A program made the position numbers and the translations under genes. The notes below the pieces were generated by a model. It saw nothing but the letters and a program-made list of their open reading frames with translations, was not told the DNA's origin and ran no database searches. From Lachnospiraceae bacterium (lineage in GTDB: Bacteria > Bacillota > Clostridia > Lachnospirales > Lachnospiraceae), in contig DATESN010000071.1 in assembly GCA_035270785.1 (NCBI GenBank), positions 137-64,136 on the forward strand: a DNA stretch of 64,000 bases, in the 5' to 3' direction. This document shows positions 47,994 through 58,998 of this stretch, piece by piece. Numbering within the stretch: position 1 is the first letter of the stretch; each line of letters starts with the position of its first letter.

Positions 47994-48884
47994 TTATTTT
48001 TTGGAAGTTTTTACTACCTCTTTTTTCTTTTTATCATTTACCCTTACTATAATTTCAATAATAATAGATAAAATAAATAAAAACATACCCAAAACTTGTG
48101 AAGCTGCAATATTCGTATTCATAAAACGAAGTTGATCTGTTCTAATTCCTTCAACAAAAAATCTTCCTAGTCCATATCCGCCTAAATATATTAAAGTAAT
48201 CTCACCTTGGAATTTCTTATGCTTACGATACAGTAACATGATTGCTAAAATTATTACGTTCCAAACACTTTCATAAAGGAATGTGGGATGTACCTGAATA
48301 TAATTAGCTCCTTCCGTAATATGTGTCGCAATGCTCGTTGAGATATCACTACCTCTAACAGCTTCTATTGGTAAACGCATAGAAAATAAACCGTCACTAT
48401 ATTCACCAAACGCTTCACGATTCATGAAATTAGCCCAACGACCTATAATCTGGCCTAAAATCAGTCCTGTCACTCCCACGTCTGTTAATTGAAACATCTT
48501 AATTTTTTTAATCTTTGTATATATCGCACATGTTAAAAAAGCCGCTATCACTGCACCATATATAGCCAGTCCACCACCTCTTATATTAAATACACTAAGT
48601 AAATCAGTTTTATAGTAATCCCAGGACAATGCCACATAATAAATCCTTGCTCCTATAATAGAAAAAATAATTGCATAAATGGAAAAATCCCAATAAATAT
48701 CAGGATCATGACCTTCTAACTTTGCTTGGTTTAACCAAAGTGCAAATCCTGCCATAACACCGATACCAATAATGACTCCGTAAAGTGCAATTGGAAAACC
48801 AAATACCGTGAAACCTTTTGGTACATTTTTTAAATAAATACCCAAATTGGGAAAGGCGATATCTTTTGCTCCCATAATATCCAT
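47994..48884 (-). CDS. lgt: Prolipoprotein diacylglyceryl transferase
   Basis: FGFPIALYGVIIGIGVMAG..., GARIYYV and GQIIGRWANFMNREAFG. Confidence 0.9.
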   Translation of the reverse strand: MDIMGAKDIAFPNLGIYLKNVPKGFTVFGFPIALYGVIIGIGVMAGFALWLNQAKLEGHDPDIYWDFSIYAIIFSIIGARIYYVALSWDYYKTDLLSVFNIRGGGLAIYGAVIAAFLTCAIYTKIKKIKMFQLTDVGVTGLILGQIIGRWANFMNREAFGEYSDGLFSMRLPIEAVRGSDISTSIATHITEGANYIQVHPTFLYESVWNVIILAIMLLYRKHKKFQGEITLIYLGGYGLGRFFVEGIRTDQLRFMNTNIAASQVLGMFLFILSIIIEIIVRVNDKKKKEVVKTSKK

Positions 48885-48926
48885 AACTAGCTCCTATCCA
48901 CCTGTTATAACAGATGATTTCTTTTT

Positions 48927-50027
48927 TTATACATTAAAACGGAACAAAATAACATCTCCATCTTTCACAACATATTCTTTTCCTTCCAATCCAACTAACC
49001 CTTTTTCTTTCGCCGCAGATAACGAGCCAAATTCTAATAAATGTTTATAATTCACTACTTCTGCACGAATAAATCCTCGTTCAAAATCTGTATGAATCTT
49101 TCCTGCAGCTCCTGGGGCTTTTGTTCCTTCTTTGATTGTCCAAGCTCTTGTTTCATCTTCTCCGGCAGTTAAATAACTGATGAGCCCTAATAAATGATAG
49201 CTTGCTTTAACTAATTTTTCGAGACCTGATTCTTTTAATCCCAGATCTTCCAGAAACATTGCTTTTTCCTCATCATCAAGCTCTGCTATTTCTTGCTCTA
49301 TTTGGGCACAGATTACAAACACTTCACTTTTTTCAACCATAGCAAACTCACGAACTGCCTGAACCAATGGGTTGTTAATCCCATCGTCTGCCAAATCTTC
49401 CTCTGCCACATTTGCAGCAAAGATAACAGGTTTTGCAGTTAAAAGATTATAGGAATCAAACAAACCTTTTTCGTCTTCATCATCACCAACTTCAAAAGTC
49501 TTTGCCATCTTTCCATCCTCTAGATGAGTTTTAATGCTCTTTAAAAGATTTAATTCTTTTGCTAATGTTTTATCATTGATTGCTCCCCGAACTGTTTTTG
49601 AAATTCTTCTTTCCAATATATCCAGATCAGAAAAGATCAATTCGAAATTAATGGTTTCGATATCTCTAAGGGGATTTACAGTTCCATCTACATGTATAAT
49701 ATTTGTATCTTCGAAGCATCTAACAACATGGACAATCGCATCTACTTCTCTAATCGTACTTAAAAATTGATTGCCAAGTCCTTCTCCTTTGGAAGCCCCT
49801 TTTACAAGACCCGCAATATCTACAAATTCAATCACCGCTGGCGTAACTTTTTTTGATGTATACATTTTTCCTAAAAGCTTTATTCTTTCATCCGGTACAG
49901 TTACTATTCCCACATTAGGATCAATGGTACAGAATGGATAGTTTGCTGATTCAGCTCCTGCTTTAGTTAATGAGTTGAATAATGTGCTCTTTCCTACATT
50001 TGGTAAACCTACTATTCCTAATTTCAT
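48927..50027 (-). CDS. ychF: Ribosome-binding ATPase YchF
   Basis: MKLGIVGLPNVGKSTLFN...ANYPFCTIDPN and a C-terminal TGS-like domain. Confidence 0.95.
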   Translation of the reverse strand: MKLGIVGLPNVGKSTLFNSLTKAGAESANYPFCTIDPNVGIVTVPDERIKLLGKMYTSKKVTPAVIEFVDIAGLVKGASKGEGLGNQFLSTIREVDAIVHVVRCFEDTNIIHVDGTVNPLRDIETINFELIFSDLDILERRISKTVRGAINDKTLAKELNLLKSIKTHLEDGKMAKTFEVGDDEDEKGLFDSYNLLTAKPVIFAANVAEEDLADDGINNPLVQAVREFAMVEKSEVFVICAQIEQEIAELDDEEKAMFLEDLGLKESGLEKLVKASYHLLGLISYLTAGEDETRAWTIKEGTKAPGAAGKIHTDFERGFIRAEVVNYKHLLEFGSLSAAKEKGLVGLEGKEYVVKDGDVILFRFNV

Positions 50028-50693
50028 TTAATACTCCTTATATTCTTTTAGTATTTTCATAAAGTGTTTGGTATTTTCCACTACATTTCCTTTGTATATC
50101 GCAGACCCCATAACAATAATATTGGCACCTGCCTGTAGTACGTTTTCTATATTATTTTCATTAATTCCACCGTCAACTTCTAAATCAATGGATAGATTCT
50201 TTTCTTTTATAAGTTCACTAATCCTATTAATCTTTTCTGTGCTATAACCAATATAGGCTTGTCCACCAAAACCAGGCCTTACACACATAACAAGAATCAT
50301 ATCTATCATTTCAAAATAAGGCTCCAAAGCATGAATGGAGGTTTCTGGATTAATTGCCAATCCTACTTTTACACCAAGCTTTTTTATTTTTTTTATTACT
50401 TCCTCTGGATACTTCAGTGTTTCCAAATGTACCGTAATAATATCTGCTCCACACTTCACAAACTCTTCTATGTATTTTTCTGGTTCTATAATCATGAGAT
50501 GAACATCGAATATTCTTTTGGTTACCCTTCGAATACTCTTTATGACAGGCATTCCAAAGGAAATAGATGGTACGTAAACCCCATCCATAACATCAATATG
50601 AATATACTCTGCTCCAGCCTGATCCACTGCTTGTATTTCTTCTCCCAATTTTGAAAAATCAGCTGCTAAAATAGATGGTGACAATATATTCAT
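50028..50693 (-). CDS. rpe: Ribulose-phosphate 3-epimerase
   Basis: ILSPSILAADF..., HIDVMDG and VDGGIN. Confidence 0.95.
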   Translation of the reverse strand: MNILSPSILAADFSKLGEEIQAVDQAGAEYIHIDVMDGVYVPSISFGMPVIKSIRRVTKRIFDVHLMIIEPEKYIEEFVKCGADIITVHLETLKYPEEVIKKIKKLGVKVGLAINPETSIHALEPYFEMIDMILVMCVRPGFGGQAYIGYSTEKINRISELIKEKNLSIDLEVDGGINENNIENVLQAGANIIVMGSAIYKGNVVENTKHFMKILKEYKEY

Positions 50694-50694
50694 C

Positions 50695-51573
50695 CTAATA
50701 TCTCCTTTTTTCTTTTTGTTCGTTATAAAGTAAAATATAATTATGGTATCTAACCTTGCTGATTTTTCCTTGTTCTAACGCTTCTTTCACAGCACAATTA
50801 GGTTCATGAGTATGAGTACATTCTTGAAAACGACAATGTTCTTGATATTTAGTGAATTCTGGATAATAGTTTTTCAGTTCTTCCTTTTGCATACTAAACA
50901 CTTGTAAGGAACTAAACCCCGGGGTATCCATAATATAACTATTATGATCAATCTCTATCAATTCGCTATGTCTGGTTGTGTGCTTTCCCCTATCTATTTT
51001 CTCACTAATAGAACCAGTTTCCATATGCACCTTGGGTTGAATTTTATTAATAATAGAGGATTTTCCTACCCCACTAGGACCAGCAACTGCCGTTGTCTTA
51101 CCTAATAAAAGTTTCTTCAACTCTATACTTCCATCCGTTTCCATGGCGCTTGAAAAAATCAAAGAATAACCTGTCTTATCATATATTTGTCTTATCTCTT
51201 CTTTCTCCCCTTTGGATGATATATCGCTTTTATTAAAACAAATAATGCAATAAAGTCCTTGCTGTTCCATCATAATTAGAAAGCGATCCAGTAAATTGAA
51301 ATTGGGGTCTGGTTTTACAATAGAAAAGATAACCAACGCTTGATCAATATTTGCTACCGCCGGACGTATTAATGAATTCGTTCTCGGTAAAATATCATTT
51401 ATATTTCCCTTTTTGTCATCCTCATTAATAACATCAAATAAGACATTGTCACCCACTAAAGGCTTCATTCTTTCTTTCCTAAATATGCCCTTTGCCTTGC
51501 ACTCGTAAATCCCATAATCAAAAACATGAACATAATAAAAACCAGCAATCCCTTTTATAATTTTACCTTGCAT
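50695..51573 (-). CDS. rsgA: Ribosome small-subunit-dependent GTPase A
   Basis: GPSGVGKSS, the zinc knuckle CRFQECTHTHEPNCAV and an N-terminal OB fold. Confidence 0.9.
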   Translation of the reverse strand: MQGKIIKGIAGFYYVHVFDYGIYECKAKGIFRKERMKPLVGDNVLFDVINEDDKKGNINDILPRTNSLIRPAVANIDQALVIFSIVKPDPNFNLLDRFLIMMEQQGLYCIICFNKSDISSKGEKEEIRQIYDKTGYSLIFSSAMETDGSIELKKLLLGKTTAVAGPSGVGKSSIINKIQPKVHMETGSISEKIDRGKHTTRHSELIEIDHNSYIMDTPGFSSLQVFSMQKEELKNYYPEFTKYQEHCRFQECTHTHEPNCAVKEALEQGKISKVRYHNYILLYNEQKEKRRY

Positions 51574-51578
51574 AGGCT

Positions 51579-53549
51579 TTAATTTTCCTTTACAAATACG
51601 ACAATTTCTTCTTTACTTCTTGCTTCTTGAACACTATGAGTTGTGGAATCACCAAATTCATCTGTTATTTGTGAAACAACTGTCACGGTATATGACACAA
51701 CAATTTTTCCATCTGATATATTTGAAATCCCTGCAACACTTGTGGATACTGGAAAAACGGTAGGTGATGATGATTTCCATAAAATACTTCCATCACTTCC
51801 CAATAACATAACGGTGGCGTCTCCACCCTGATAATCCATATCATTTGGAGATTCAACATATAAATTGTAACTATACGTTATAGATTCTAGACCAAGACTT
51901 ACTTTAATATCTACTTTGGTTCCACTATTTACAGAACCTCCTGCAGTGTAGCTCTGATAATATACTGAGCCAACGCTATATTCATTATTTATTGTTACAT
52001 CCACATAAGTTTCGTCAACCTTTCCTAACACTAAGCCAACTGTTTCCAATGCTAACCTTGCTTCCTCTTGTGTTTTTCCAAGCAAAGTAGGTACAACAAC
52101 CTCTTCAACTTTTGACCCCTTACTTACTAAAAGGGTAACAGTAGAATCTCTATATACCGTAGTTCCTCCATCCGGAGTTTGAGAAATAACACTATCTTTA
52201 CTCACTTTTGAAGATTCCGATGTTTCAATGATAACGGTTAAACCTTCATCTTCTAGAGTTTTCGTTGCTTCCGCTTTGGCTTTACCAACTACATCAGGAA
52301 TGGAGACAACCTTTACATCATTTTCTTTATCAATTTGAACATTCTCTTCCTTTGCTTTATTTCCAGATACTTGTGTTTGTTCTTTCCCTTTTAAAGGAAA
52401 AATCCCCATTACATTTCCAACTACATATAAAACAACGCATCCAATAATTACCGCAGCGACAACCATTAATATTGTCGTTATCTTTTCCATTTTAGGATCA
52501 AATTCTTCCGCTTCCTGTTCTTTTTCATAGGACTGTTTTCTAATTGGCTCTGTATTTCTTCGAATTTGTTCTGGATTTTTTGGCAACGAATGATTAGTCC
52601 TTAGACGCATAGAATCATTCCTGTTTTCCTTATTATCTGCATGGACTTTAATCTTTTTCATATCAGAATCAGTCATCATTTTCGTTTGGCCATTTTTATC
52701 TATGTCAACTATTTTAACAAAATCCTCATCGGGACTTATTAAAGATTTCTTTAAATCTTCAATTAATTCATTCATGGTCTGATATCGTCTATCCGGACTC
52801 TTTTGGGTACATTTGAATACTATTTGTTCAACACTTACAGGAATCTCTGCCACATAGTCTCTTGGTGATGGCATATCATCTTGAATATGCTTAATGGCAA
52901 TTGCTACTGTTGTTTCACCATTAAAAGGAACTCGTCCAGTCAACATTTCAAATAATGTAATCCCTAGTGAATAAATATCACTTTTTGCATCGCTATATCC
53001 ACCTCTAGCCTGTTCTGGGGAGGTATAGTGAACTGATCCCATGACATTGGAAGTTATGGTATTACTTGTAGCAGCTTTTGCTATTCCAAAATCTGTTACC
53101 TTTACCCTACCTTCTTTTGAAATAATAATGTTTTGAGGCTTAATATCTCTATGAATAATGTGATTATTATGTGCTGTTTCAATCCCCAGGCAAACTTGGA
53201 TTGCAATACTGACCGCTTCTTTTACAGAGAGACGGGCTTTCTTTTCAATGTACTTTTTTAATGTAATACCTTCCACCAATTCCATGACGATGTAATAAAT
53301 GTTATTTTCTTCACCTACATCATAAACGTTAACAATATTGGCATGCATTAGTCCTGCTGCCGCTTGTGCCTCAACACGAAACTTTGAGACAAAATTTGTA
53401 TTCTCACTAAACTCTTGTTTTAACACTTTGATAGCAACAAATCTATTTAGCTTATGACATTTCGCCTTATAAACATCGGACATTCCGCCTGTACCAATTT
53501 TTTCAAGGATTTCATAGCGATCTCCTATCATCATTCCAAATTTAATCAT
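51579..53549 (-). CDS. prkC: Ser/Thr protein kinase with extracellular PASTA repeats (PrkC)
   Basis: Kinase motifs GTGGMSDVYKA, HRDIKPQN and DFGIA, plus a central TM. There are at least 2 PASTA-like repeats (IPDVVGKAKAEA... and VPTLLGKTQEEA...). Confidence 0.9.
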   Translation of the reverse strand: MIKFGMMIGDRYEILEKIGTGGMSDVYKAKCHKLNRFVAIKVLKQEFSENTNFVSKFRVEAQAAAGLMHANIVNVYDVGEENNIYYIVMELVEGITLKKYIEKKARLSVKEAVSIAIQVCLGIETAHNNHIIHRDIKPQNIIISKEGRVKVTDFGIAKAATSNTITSNVMGSVHYTSPEQARGGYSDAKSDIYSLGITLFEMLTGRVPFNGETTVAIAIKHIQDDMPSPRDYVAEIPVSVEQIVFKCTQKSPDRRYQTMNELIEDLKKSLISPDEDFVKIVDIDKNGQTKMMTDSDMKKIKVHADNKENRNDSMRLRTNHSLPKNPEQIRRNTEPIRKQSYEKEQEAEEFDPKMEKITTILMVVAAVIIGCVVLYVVGNVMGIFPLKGKEQTQVSGNKAKEENVQIDKENDVKVVSIPDVVGKAKAEATKTLEDEGLTVIIETSESSKVSKDSVISQTPDGGTTVYRDSTVTLLVSKGSKVEEVVVPTLLGKTQEEARLALETVGLVLGKVDETYVDVTINNEYSVGSVYYQSYTAGGSVNSGTKVDIKVSLGLESITYSYNLYVESPNDMDYQGGDATVMLLGSDGSILWKSSSPTVFPVSTSVAGISNISDGKIVVSYTVTVVSQITDEFGDSTTHSVQEARSKEEIVVFVKEN

Positions 53550-53552
53550 TCC

Positions 53553-54305
53553 TTACACCTCATCAGCAAATGGTTCGATAATTATTACTGCAATATTATC
53601 TTTTCCACCGTTGTTATTAGCAGCTTTCACAAGTTCCTCTGCCTTTTCTACAATATCCCTTTGACCATTTAATATCAAACGTATTTCCTCATCCTCTAAC
53701 ATATTGGTAAGCCCATCAGAGCACATTAAAACAGTATCACCTTTCTCAACTTCTACGTTGAAAAAGTCAATTTCAATTTCTTCTCTCACCCCAACTGCTC
53801 GGGTTATGATATTCTTATCCGGATGGTTTCTAGCAGCACTACGTTCCAACCCCCCCATACGAATCATCTCTTCAACAAGGGAATGGTCTCTAGTAATTTG
53901 TTTAATTTCACTATTTACAACATATAATCTGCTATCTCCCACATTAGCAACTTTCAAGCAATGATCTCGGCAGGTAGATACTACAACGGTTGTCCCCATA
54001 CCATTCATCGTTTCATCTTCAAGAGATTTTATTCTTATATGTTCATTCGCTGATTCAATCGCTTTTGTCAATATTTTAACTGGATCTATTTCAAGAGAAT
54101 TTCTTATCTCACTTTCAATAATTTCCACTGTATACTTAGATGCATAATCGCCTGCATTATGTCCACCCATTCCATCCGCAACAATAAATACATTTGGGAG
54201 ATTTCCTAATGGCATTTCTGATGTATATACAAAGTCTTGATTGAGTTTACGCTTTTTGCCAATATCGGTAATGGAAAATGTCTTTAGCACCTTATTTCCT
54301 CCCAT
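53553..54305 (-). CDS. stp: PP2C-family Ser/Thr phosphatase (Stp/PrpC)
   Basis: NQDF, ADGMGGHNAG and GGKDNIAVIII. Confidence 0.9.
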   Translation of the reverse strand: MGGNKVLKTFSITDIGKKRKLNQDFVYTSEMPLGNLPNVFIVADGMGGHNAGDYASKYTVEIIESEIRNSLEIDPVKILTKAIESANEHIRIKSLEDETMNGMGTTVVVSTCRDHCLKVANVGDSRLYVVNSEIKQITRDHSLVEEMIRMGGLERSAARNHPDKNIITRAVGVREEIEIDFFNVEVEKGDTVLMCSDGLTNMLEDEEIRLILNGQRDIVEKAEELVKAANNNGGKDNIAVIIIEPFADEV

Positions 54306-54306
54306 A

Positions 54307-55335
54307 CTAATTCTTTATAAAACTACGTCGTAATTGTCCACAGGCTCCATTGATATCTCTACCCATTTCCCTTCTTATAGTAACATTAATTTTATTTTTT
54401 TCAAGTTTATTTTTAAAGTCTAACACTTGTTGCCTCTCAGACTCTACAAATTGTCGTTCTTTAATAGGGTTAACTGGTATTAAATTAACGTGGCAATTAA
54501 GGTCACGAATTAGATGAATCAGCTCATTTGCATCCTCTTTATGGTCATTAACACCACCAACCAAGCTATATTCAAACGTAATTCTTCTTCCTGTCTTTAA
54601 AAAATAATAAGAACAAGCACTAATTACTTCTTCCAAACTATATTTATTGGTAATTGGCATCAATTGTTTTCTTTTTTCATTTGTGGGTGCATGTAAGGAT
54701 AGCGCTAAGGTGATTTGCAATTGTTTGTCTGCAAGTTCCCTCATCTTTGGCACAATACCACAAGTGGAAACGGTAATATTTCTTTGGCTAATATGTAACC
54801 CATTATCATCTGTGAGAATTTCAATAAAGGTAAGCAAATGATCAAAATTATCCAATGGTTCTCCCGCACCCATAATTACTACATTGGATACTCTTTCCCC
54901 TGTTAATAGCGTAATTGCATAAATTTGATCCAACATTTCTGATGGCAAAAGGCTTCTTTCCAGCCCATCTAATGTAGACGCACAAAAAAGGCACCCCATA
55001 CGGCAGCCAACCTGGGAAGAGATACATACTGAATTACCATGCTTATACTTCATCCATACACTTTCCACAATATTTCCATCGCTACATTTAAATAAAAACT
55101 TTTTCGTTCCATCAATTTTTGAAACCAATGTTTCCACCGCTTCTAAAGATGTGTACTCATATTGTGCCGCCAATTTTTCTTTTAATTCTTTTGATATATT
55201 TGTCATTTCATCAAGATTTCTCGCTAATCTTAGATGCATCCACTCATAAATCTGTTTTGCTCTGAAAGGCTTCTCGCCCATACTTACCAATACTTCTTTT
55301 AGTTGTTCTAAATTTAAAGATTTTATATCTTTCAT
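54307..55335 (-). CDS. rlmN: 23S rRNA/tRNA (adenine-C2)-methyltransferase RlmN (radical SAM)
   Basis: FRAKQIYEW and the CxxxCxxC cluster GCRMGCLFCAS. Confidence 0.9.
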   Translation of the reverse strand: MKDIKSLNLEQLKEVLVSMGEKPFRAKQIYEWMHLRLARNLDEMTNISKELKEKLAAQYEYTSLEAVETLVSKIDGTKKFLFKCSDGNIVESVWMKYKHGNSVCISSQVGCRMGCLFCASTLDGLERSLLPSEMLDQIYAITLLTGERVSNVVIMGAGEPLDNFDHLLTFIEILTDDNGLHISQRNITVSTCGIVPKMRELADKQLQITLALSLHAPTNEKRKQLMPITNKYSLEEVISACSYYFLKTGRRITFEYSLVGGVNDHKEDANELIHLIRDLNCHVNLIPVNPIKERQFVESERQQVLDFKNKLEKNKINVTIRREMGRDINGACGQLRRSFIKN

Positions 55336-55365
55336 AATTTATTACCTACATTCACACTTCTTGCT

Positions 55366-56748
55366 TTATTTGTTTTTACATAGCCTTGCCATGAAAAATC
55401 CATCCGTATTGCTTAATCCTGGGAGCAATTGCAAATAACCTTCCTCTGCTGTCCCTCCTTTTAAAGCATCTGGAAGCATCGGGGTTAAACTTTTAAGCTT
55501 AAATGGAAAGTGATCCGTAAACCATTTAACATTTTCCTCATTTTCTCTTTTATTAATCGTACAGGTGCTATAAATGAGGATACCACCTGGTTTCACATAT
55601 TGTTGTACCGTTTTTAAAATAGTTTGTTGCAATAGCGCCAATTCTTCCAATGATTCCTCTGTTACATGATATTTAATATCTCTCTTTTTACCAATCACGC
55701 CAAGCCCTGAGCAAGGAGCGTCCACTAGCACAACATCGGCACTCTCATGGCTGCTTTCACAATCAATGGTTGCATCCCATACCTTAATGGTAATATTTTG
55801 ATAGGGATTTCGTTGCTTATTTTCATCCATCATAGACGTTTTGTATTCTGATAAATCTCTTGCTTCTATATGTCCCGTATGATTTAACTTACATGCCAGA
55901 TGTATTGTTTTTCCTCCAGGTGCTGCACATACATCAATAATTTCGTATCCCTTTTGTATCTGTGCAATCTCTACCGCTAACATGGAACTAACATCTTGAA
56001 CGTTTATCTTTCCTTCCATAAATCCAGGAACTTGTGTCATTCCTTCTGTCTTCCTCAGTTGGTAAGCATAAGATAAATAGGGATGTCTTTTAATCACAAT
56101 TCCTTTATCACTAATTTCTTTCACTAAACTGTTCTGCTGTTCTTCACTTAGGTTTTCATCCATCCTTACTACAATTGGATGCTCTGCAAGTAAGTCCTCT
56201 AACATGATTTCAGTGGTTTCTACGCCAAATTCATCAAGCCACCTTTTAACAATCCATTCTGGCATAGAATATAGGATTGAATAAGCAAGAACTGGTTCTT
56301 TTTCTTTGCTCGGATAAGTAATGGTATCTTTTCCTCTTGCTATATTGCGTAGAACGCCATTTACAAATCCTTTTAGTTGTCCAAATCCACGTTTTTGTGC
56401 TAGTTTCACTGCCTCGTTACAAGCTGCTGAGTCCGGAATACTATCCATAAACATAATTTGATATACAGCCATCCTCATGATGATACAAATAACTGGTTTC
56501 ATTTTGTTTACTTTCACCTTAGAAAAGGAATTGATAATATAATCAATTTGAATTTGTCTTTCTAGGGTTCCTTCACATACACGTTTGATAAATGATTTAT
56601 CTAGCACATTAAGATAGTTATATTTATTTAAAACATTTCTTACCACAACGTGGCTATACTCTTTTTGGGTTGTTATCTCCTGAAGCATATCCAATAGCAG
56701 TGCTCTTGTATTTACCGAATTATTCATTCTGTTTTCCTCATTCATCAA
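55366..56748 (-). CDS. rsmB: 16S rRNA (cytosine967-C5)-methyltransferase
   Basis: N-terminal NusB-like domain, CAAPGGKT, DAPCSGLG and YSTCT. Confidence 0.9.
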   Translation of the reverse strand: MMNEENRMNNSVNTRALLLDMLQEITTQKEYSHVVVRNVLNKYNYLNVLDKSFIKRVCEGTLERQIQIDYIINSFSKVKVNKMKPVICIIMRMAVYQIMFMDSIPDSAACNEAVKLAQKRGFGQLKGFVNGVLRNIARGKDTITYPSKEKEPVLAYSILYSMPEWIVKRWLDEFGVETTEIMLEDLLAEHPIVVRMDENLSEEQQNSLVKEISDKGIVIKRHPYLSYAYQLRKTEGMTQVPGFMEGKINVQDVSSMLAVEIAQIQKGYEIIDVCAAPGGKTIHLACKLNHTGHIEARDLSEYKTSMMDENKQRNPYQNITIKVWDATIDCESSHESADVVLVDAPCSGLGVIGKKRDIKYHVTEESLEELALLQQTILKTVQQYVKPGGILIYSTCTINKRENEENVKWFTDHFPFKLKSLTPMLPDALKGGTAEEGYLQLLPGLSNTDGFFMARLCKNK

Positions 56749-56785
56749 CTTTTATTTAATCATCTTTTATTTAATCATCTTTTAA

Positions 56786-57511
56786 TTAATCATCTCTTTT
56801 ACCGCCAAACAGCACTACTAAACGTAGTAGCTGTAAAATAGTAGCTGCTGCTGCCGCCACATAAGTCATTGCTGCGGCGCCTAGAACCTTTTTGCAATCT
56901 TTTATTTCATTACTACCAAGAATTTTATATTGTTCTAGCAATTTTATGGCGCGACCAGATGCATTAAACTCAACAGGTAGTGTCACTAATTGAAATAGAA
57001 CCGCAATGGCAAATACCCAAATACCAAGTTGGATTAATGTATAATTATAACTCATAATAACTCCCAAAATGATAATTGGAATACCCAATTTAGACCCTAC
57101 ATTGGCAACCGGTACTAAGGTAGAACGTAGTGCTAAGGGTCCATAATTTTCTTGATGTTGTATGGCATGTCCACATTCATGAGCTGCAACACCAATTGCT
57201 GCAACGGAAGTATCTGCATATGTGGAATCCGATAGGCGCAAAACCTTATCCCTTGGATCATAATGATCGGATAATTTACCAGATATACGTTCTATTTTAA
57301 CATCGTGTATTCCCGCATAATTTAAAATCATTTGTGCCGTCTCTGAACCTGTCATTCCACTCATACTTTTCACTTTTGCATATTTATGAAATGTGCTATT
57401 CACTCTTGAAGATGCAATGATAGAAATAACAGCGCCAATCAATACTAATACATAGGTCCAATCCATATAATAACCACCATAGTAACCACCATAAAGTCCA
57501 AATAAAAGCAT
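56786..57511 (-). CDS. Membrane zinc metallopeptidase (YugP/Zn_peptidase_2-like)
   Basis: HExxH motif HECGHAIQH and TM helices. SD AGGAGGAA at the first ATG. Confidence 0.8.
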   Translation of the reverse strand: MLLFGLYGGYYGGYYMDWTYVLVLIGAVISIIASSRVNSTFHKYAKVKSMSGMTGSETAQMILNYAGIHDVKIERISGKLSDHYDPRDKVLRLSDSTYADTSVAAIGVAAHECGHAIQHQENYGPLALRSTLVPVANVGSKLGIPIIILGVIMSYNYTLIQLGIWVFAIAVLFQLVTLPVEFNASGRAIKLLEQYKILGSNEIKDCKKVLGAAAMTYVAAAAATILQLLRLVVLFGGKRDD

Positions 57512-57542
57512 ATTTTTTCCTCCTGTTTATTTATTTTCTAAT

Positions 57543-58475
57543 TTATCTTCCCAATACCATACCTACATCGATTTGGTAACCTAATAGAAATTGTTTTACA
57601 CTCATCCTTTTTTTACCCTCTATCTGTATTTCATGAAGGAGTAATTGTTTATTTCCCGTGTTCACTGCTATAGCATCCCTTGTCACATAGGAAATGCTCC
57701 CTGGACATCCATCCGAATCTTCTAATAAAATGTCAGAATTCCATATTTTTAGAGTCTTATCATTCAGATAAGTATATGCACTTGGCCAAGAATTTAATCC
57801 CCTTACCTTTCGTTCGATTTCACAAGCAGAACTGCTCCAATCAATAATACCAAGGCTTTTATGAATCATTTTAGCATAACTCATTTCGCTTTCATTTTGT
57901 GGTGTTGCCGTTATAATCCCTTGTTCAATCATAGGTAACGCTTTTACAATCAATTTGGCACCACATACACTTAATTTTTCAAACAAACTTTCTCCCGTTT
58001 CTTTTGAATCAATTGGGATAACGGATTTTAACAACATATCTCCGGTATCGATACCCTCATCCATTTGCATAATGGTAATACCTGTTTCTTTTTCTCCATT
58101 CAATATTGCCCACTGGATGGGTGCAGCCCCTCTATATTTAGGAAGTAAAGAAGCATGAATGTTAATACATCCAAATTTTGGCATTGTTAATATTTCACTG
58201 GATAAAATCTGACCAAATGCAGCTACTACAAAAATATCTGCTCCATAAGTCCGTAAAACCTCTACCGCCTCTTTTGTTTTTATTTTAATTGGCTGGAATA
58301 CTGTAATTTGATTTTTGATGGCACATTCTTTCACTGGGGTGCATTGCATTTCCTTCCCCCTGCCTTTTGGTTTATCCGGTTGTGTTACAACAGCACATAC
58401 CTCATGACCCTCTTTGATAATAGCTTCTAGTGCTCCTACGGCATAATCAGGAGTTCCCATAAACACAATTTTCAT
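57543..58475 (-). CDS. fmt: Methionyl-tRNA formyltransferase
   Basis: MKIVFMGTPDYAV and NIHASLLPKYRGAAPIQ. There is a 4-nt overlap with def. Confidence 0.95.
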   Translation of the reverse strand: MKIVFMGTPDYAVGALEAIIKEGHEVCAVVTQPDKPKGRGKEMQCTPVKECAIKNQITVFQPIKIKTKEAVEVLRTYGADIFVVAAFGQILSSEILTMPKFGCINIHASLLPKYRGAAPIQWAILNGEKETGITIMQMDEGIDTGDMLLKSVIPIDSKETGESLFEKLSVCGAKLIVKALPMIEQGIITATPQNESEMSYAKMIHKSLGIIDWSSSACEIERKVRGLNSWPSAYTYLNDKTLKIWNSDILLEDSDGCPGSISYVTRDAIAVNTGNKQLLLHEIQIEGKKRMSVKQFLLGYQIDVGMVLGR

Positions 58476-58963
58476 TCTTCTTCATCCTCATCATCATCCA
58501 TATCCGTGATCTCTAATAGATCGCCCTCTACCTTTTCAATGTATAAATGACCATCTAAATGTTCTAATTCGTGGCATATTGCCCTAGCCATCAATTCTGT
58601 TCCTTCTATTTCAATTGGTTCCATATGTTCATTCCATGCAACTGCCTTTACATAATTTGGTCTTGTAACAATCCCTGCTTTTCCTGGAACACTCAAACAC
58701 CCTTCTTGACCTGTTTGTTCCCCACTCATCTCAACAATTCTAGGATTTATTAAAACATGAGGATCTTCTCCTGTCACATCGATAACGACGACACGTTTTA
58801 AAACACCTACTTGGGGTGCTGCCAATCCAACACCATAGGACTCGTACATGGTATCAAACATATCTCCAATTAGATCTAGAATTCTAGGTGTTATTTCTTT
58901 TATTTCTTTACTTGTTTTTTCGAGGACCTCATCTCCAATAATGCGAATCTTTCTAATAGCCAT
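58472..58963 (-). CDS. def: Peptide deformylase
   Basis: GVGLAAPQVG, EGCLSVPG and HELEHLDG. The tail is acidic (DMDDDEDEEE). Confidence 0.95.
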   Translation of the reverse strand: MAIRKIRIIGDEVLEKTSKEIKEITPRILDLIGDMFDTMYESYGVGLAAPQVGVLKRVVVIDVTGEDPHVLINPRIVEMSGEQTGQEGCLSVPGKAGIVTRPNYVKAVAWNEHMEPIEIEGTELMARAICHELEHLDGHLYIEKVEGDLLEITDMDDDEDEEE

Positions 58964-58998
58964 AATACTCCCTTCTTCCTGTTTTACATGTAATCAAC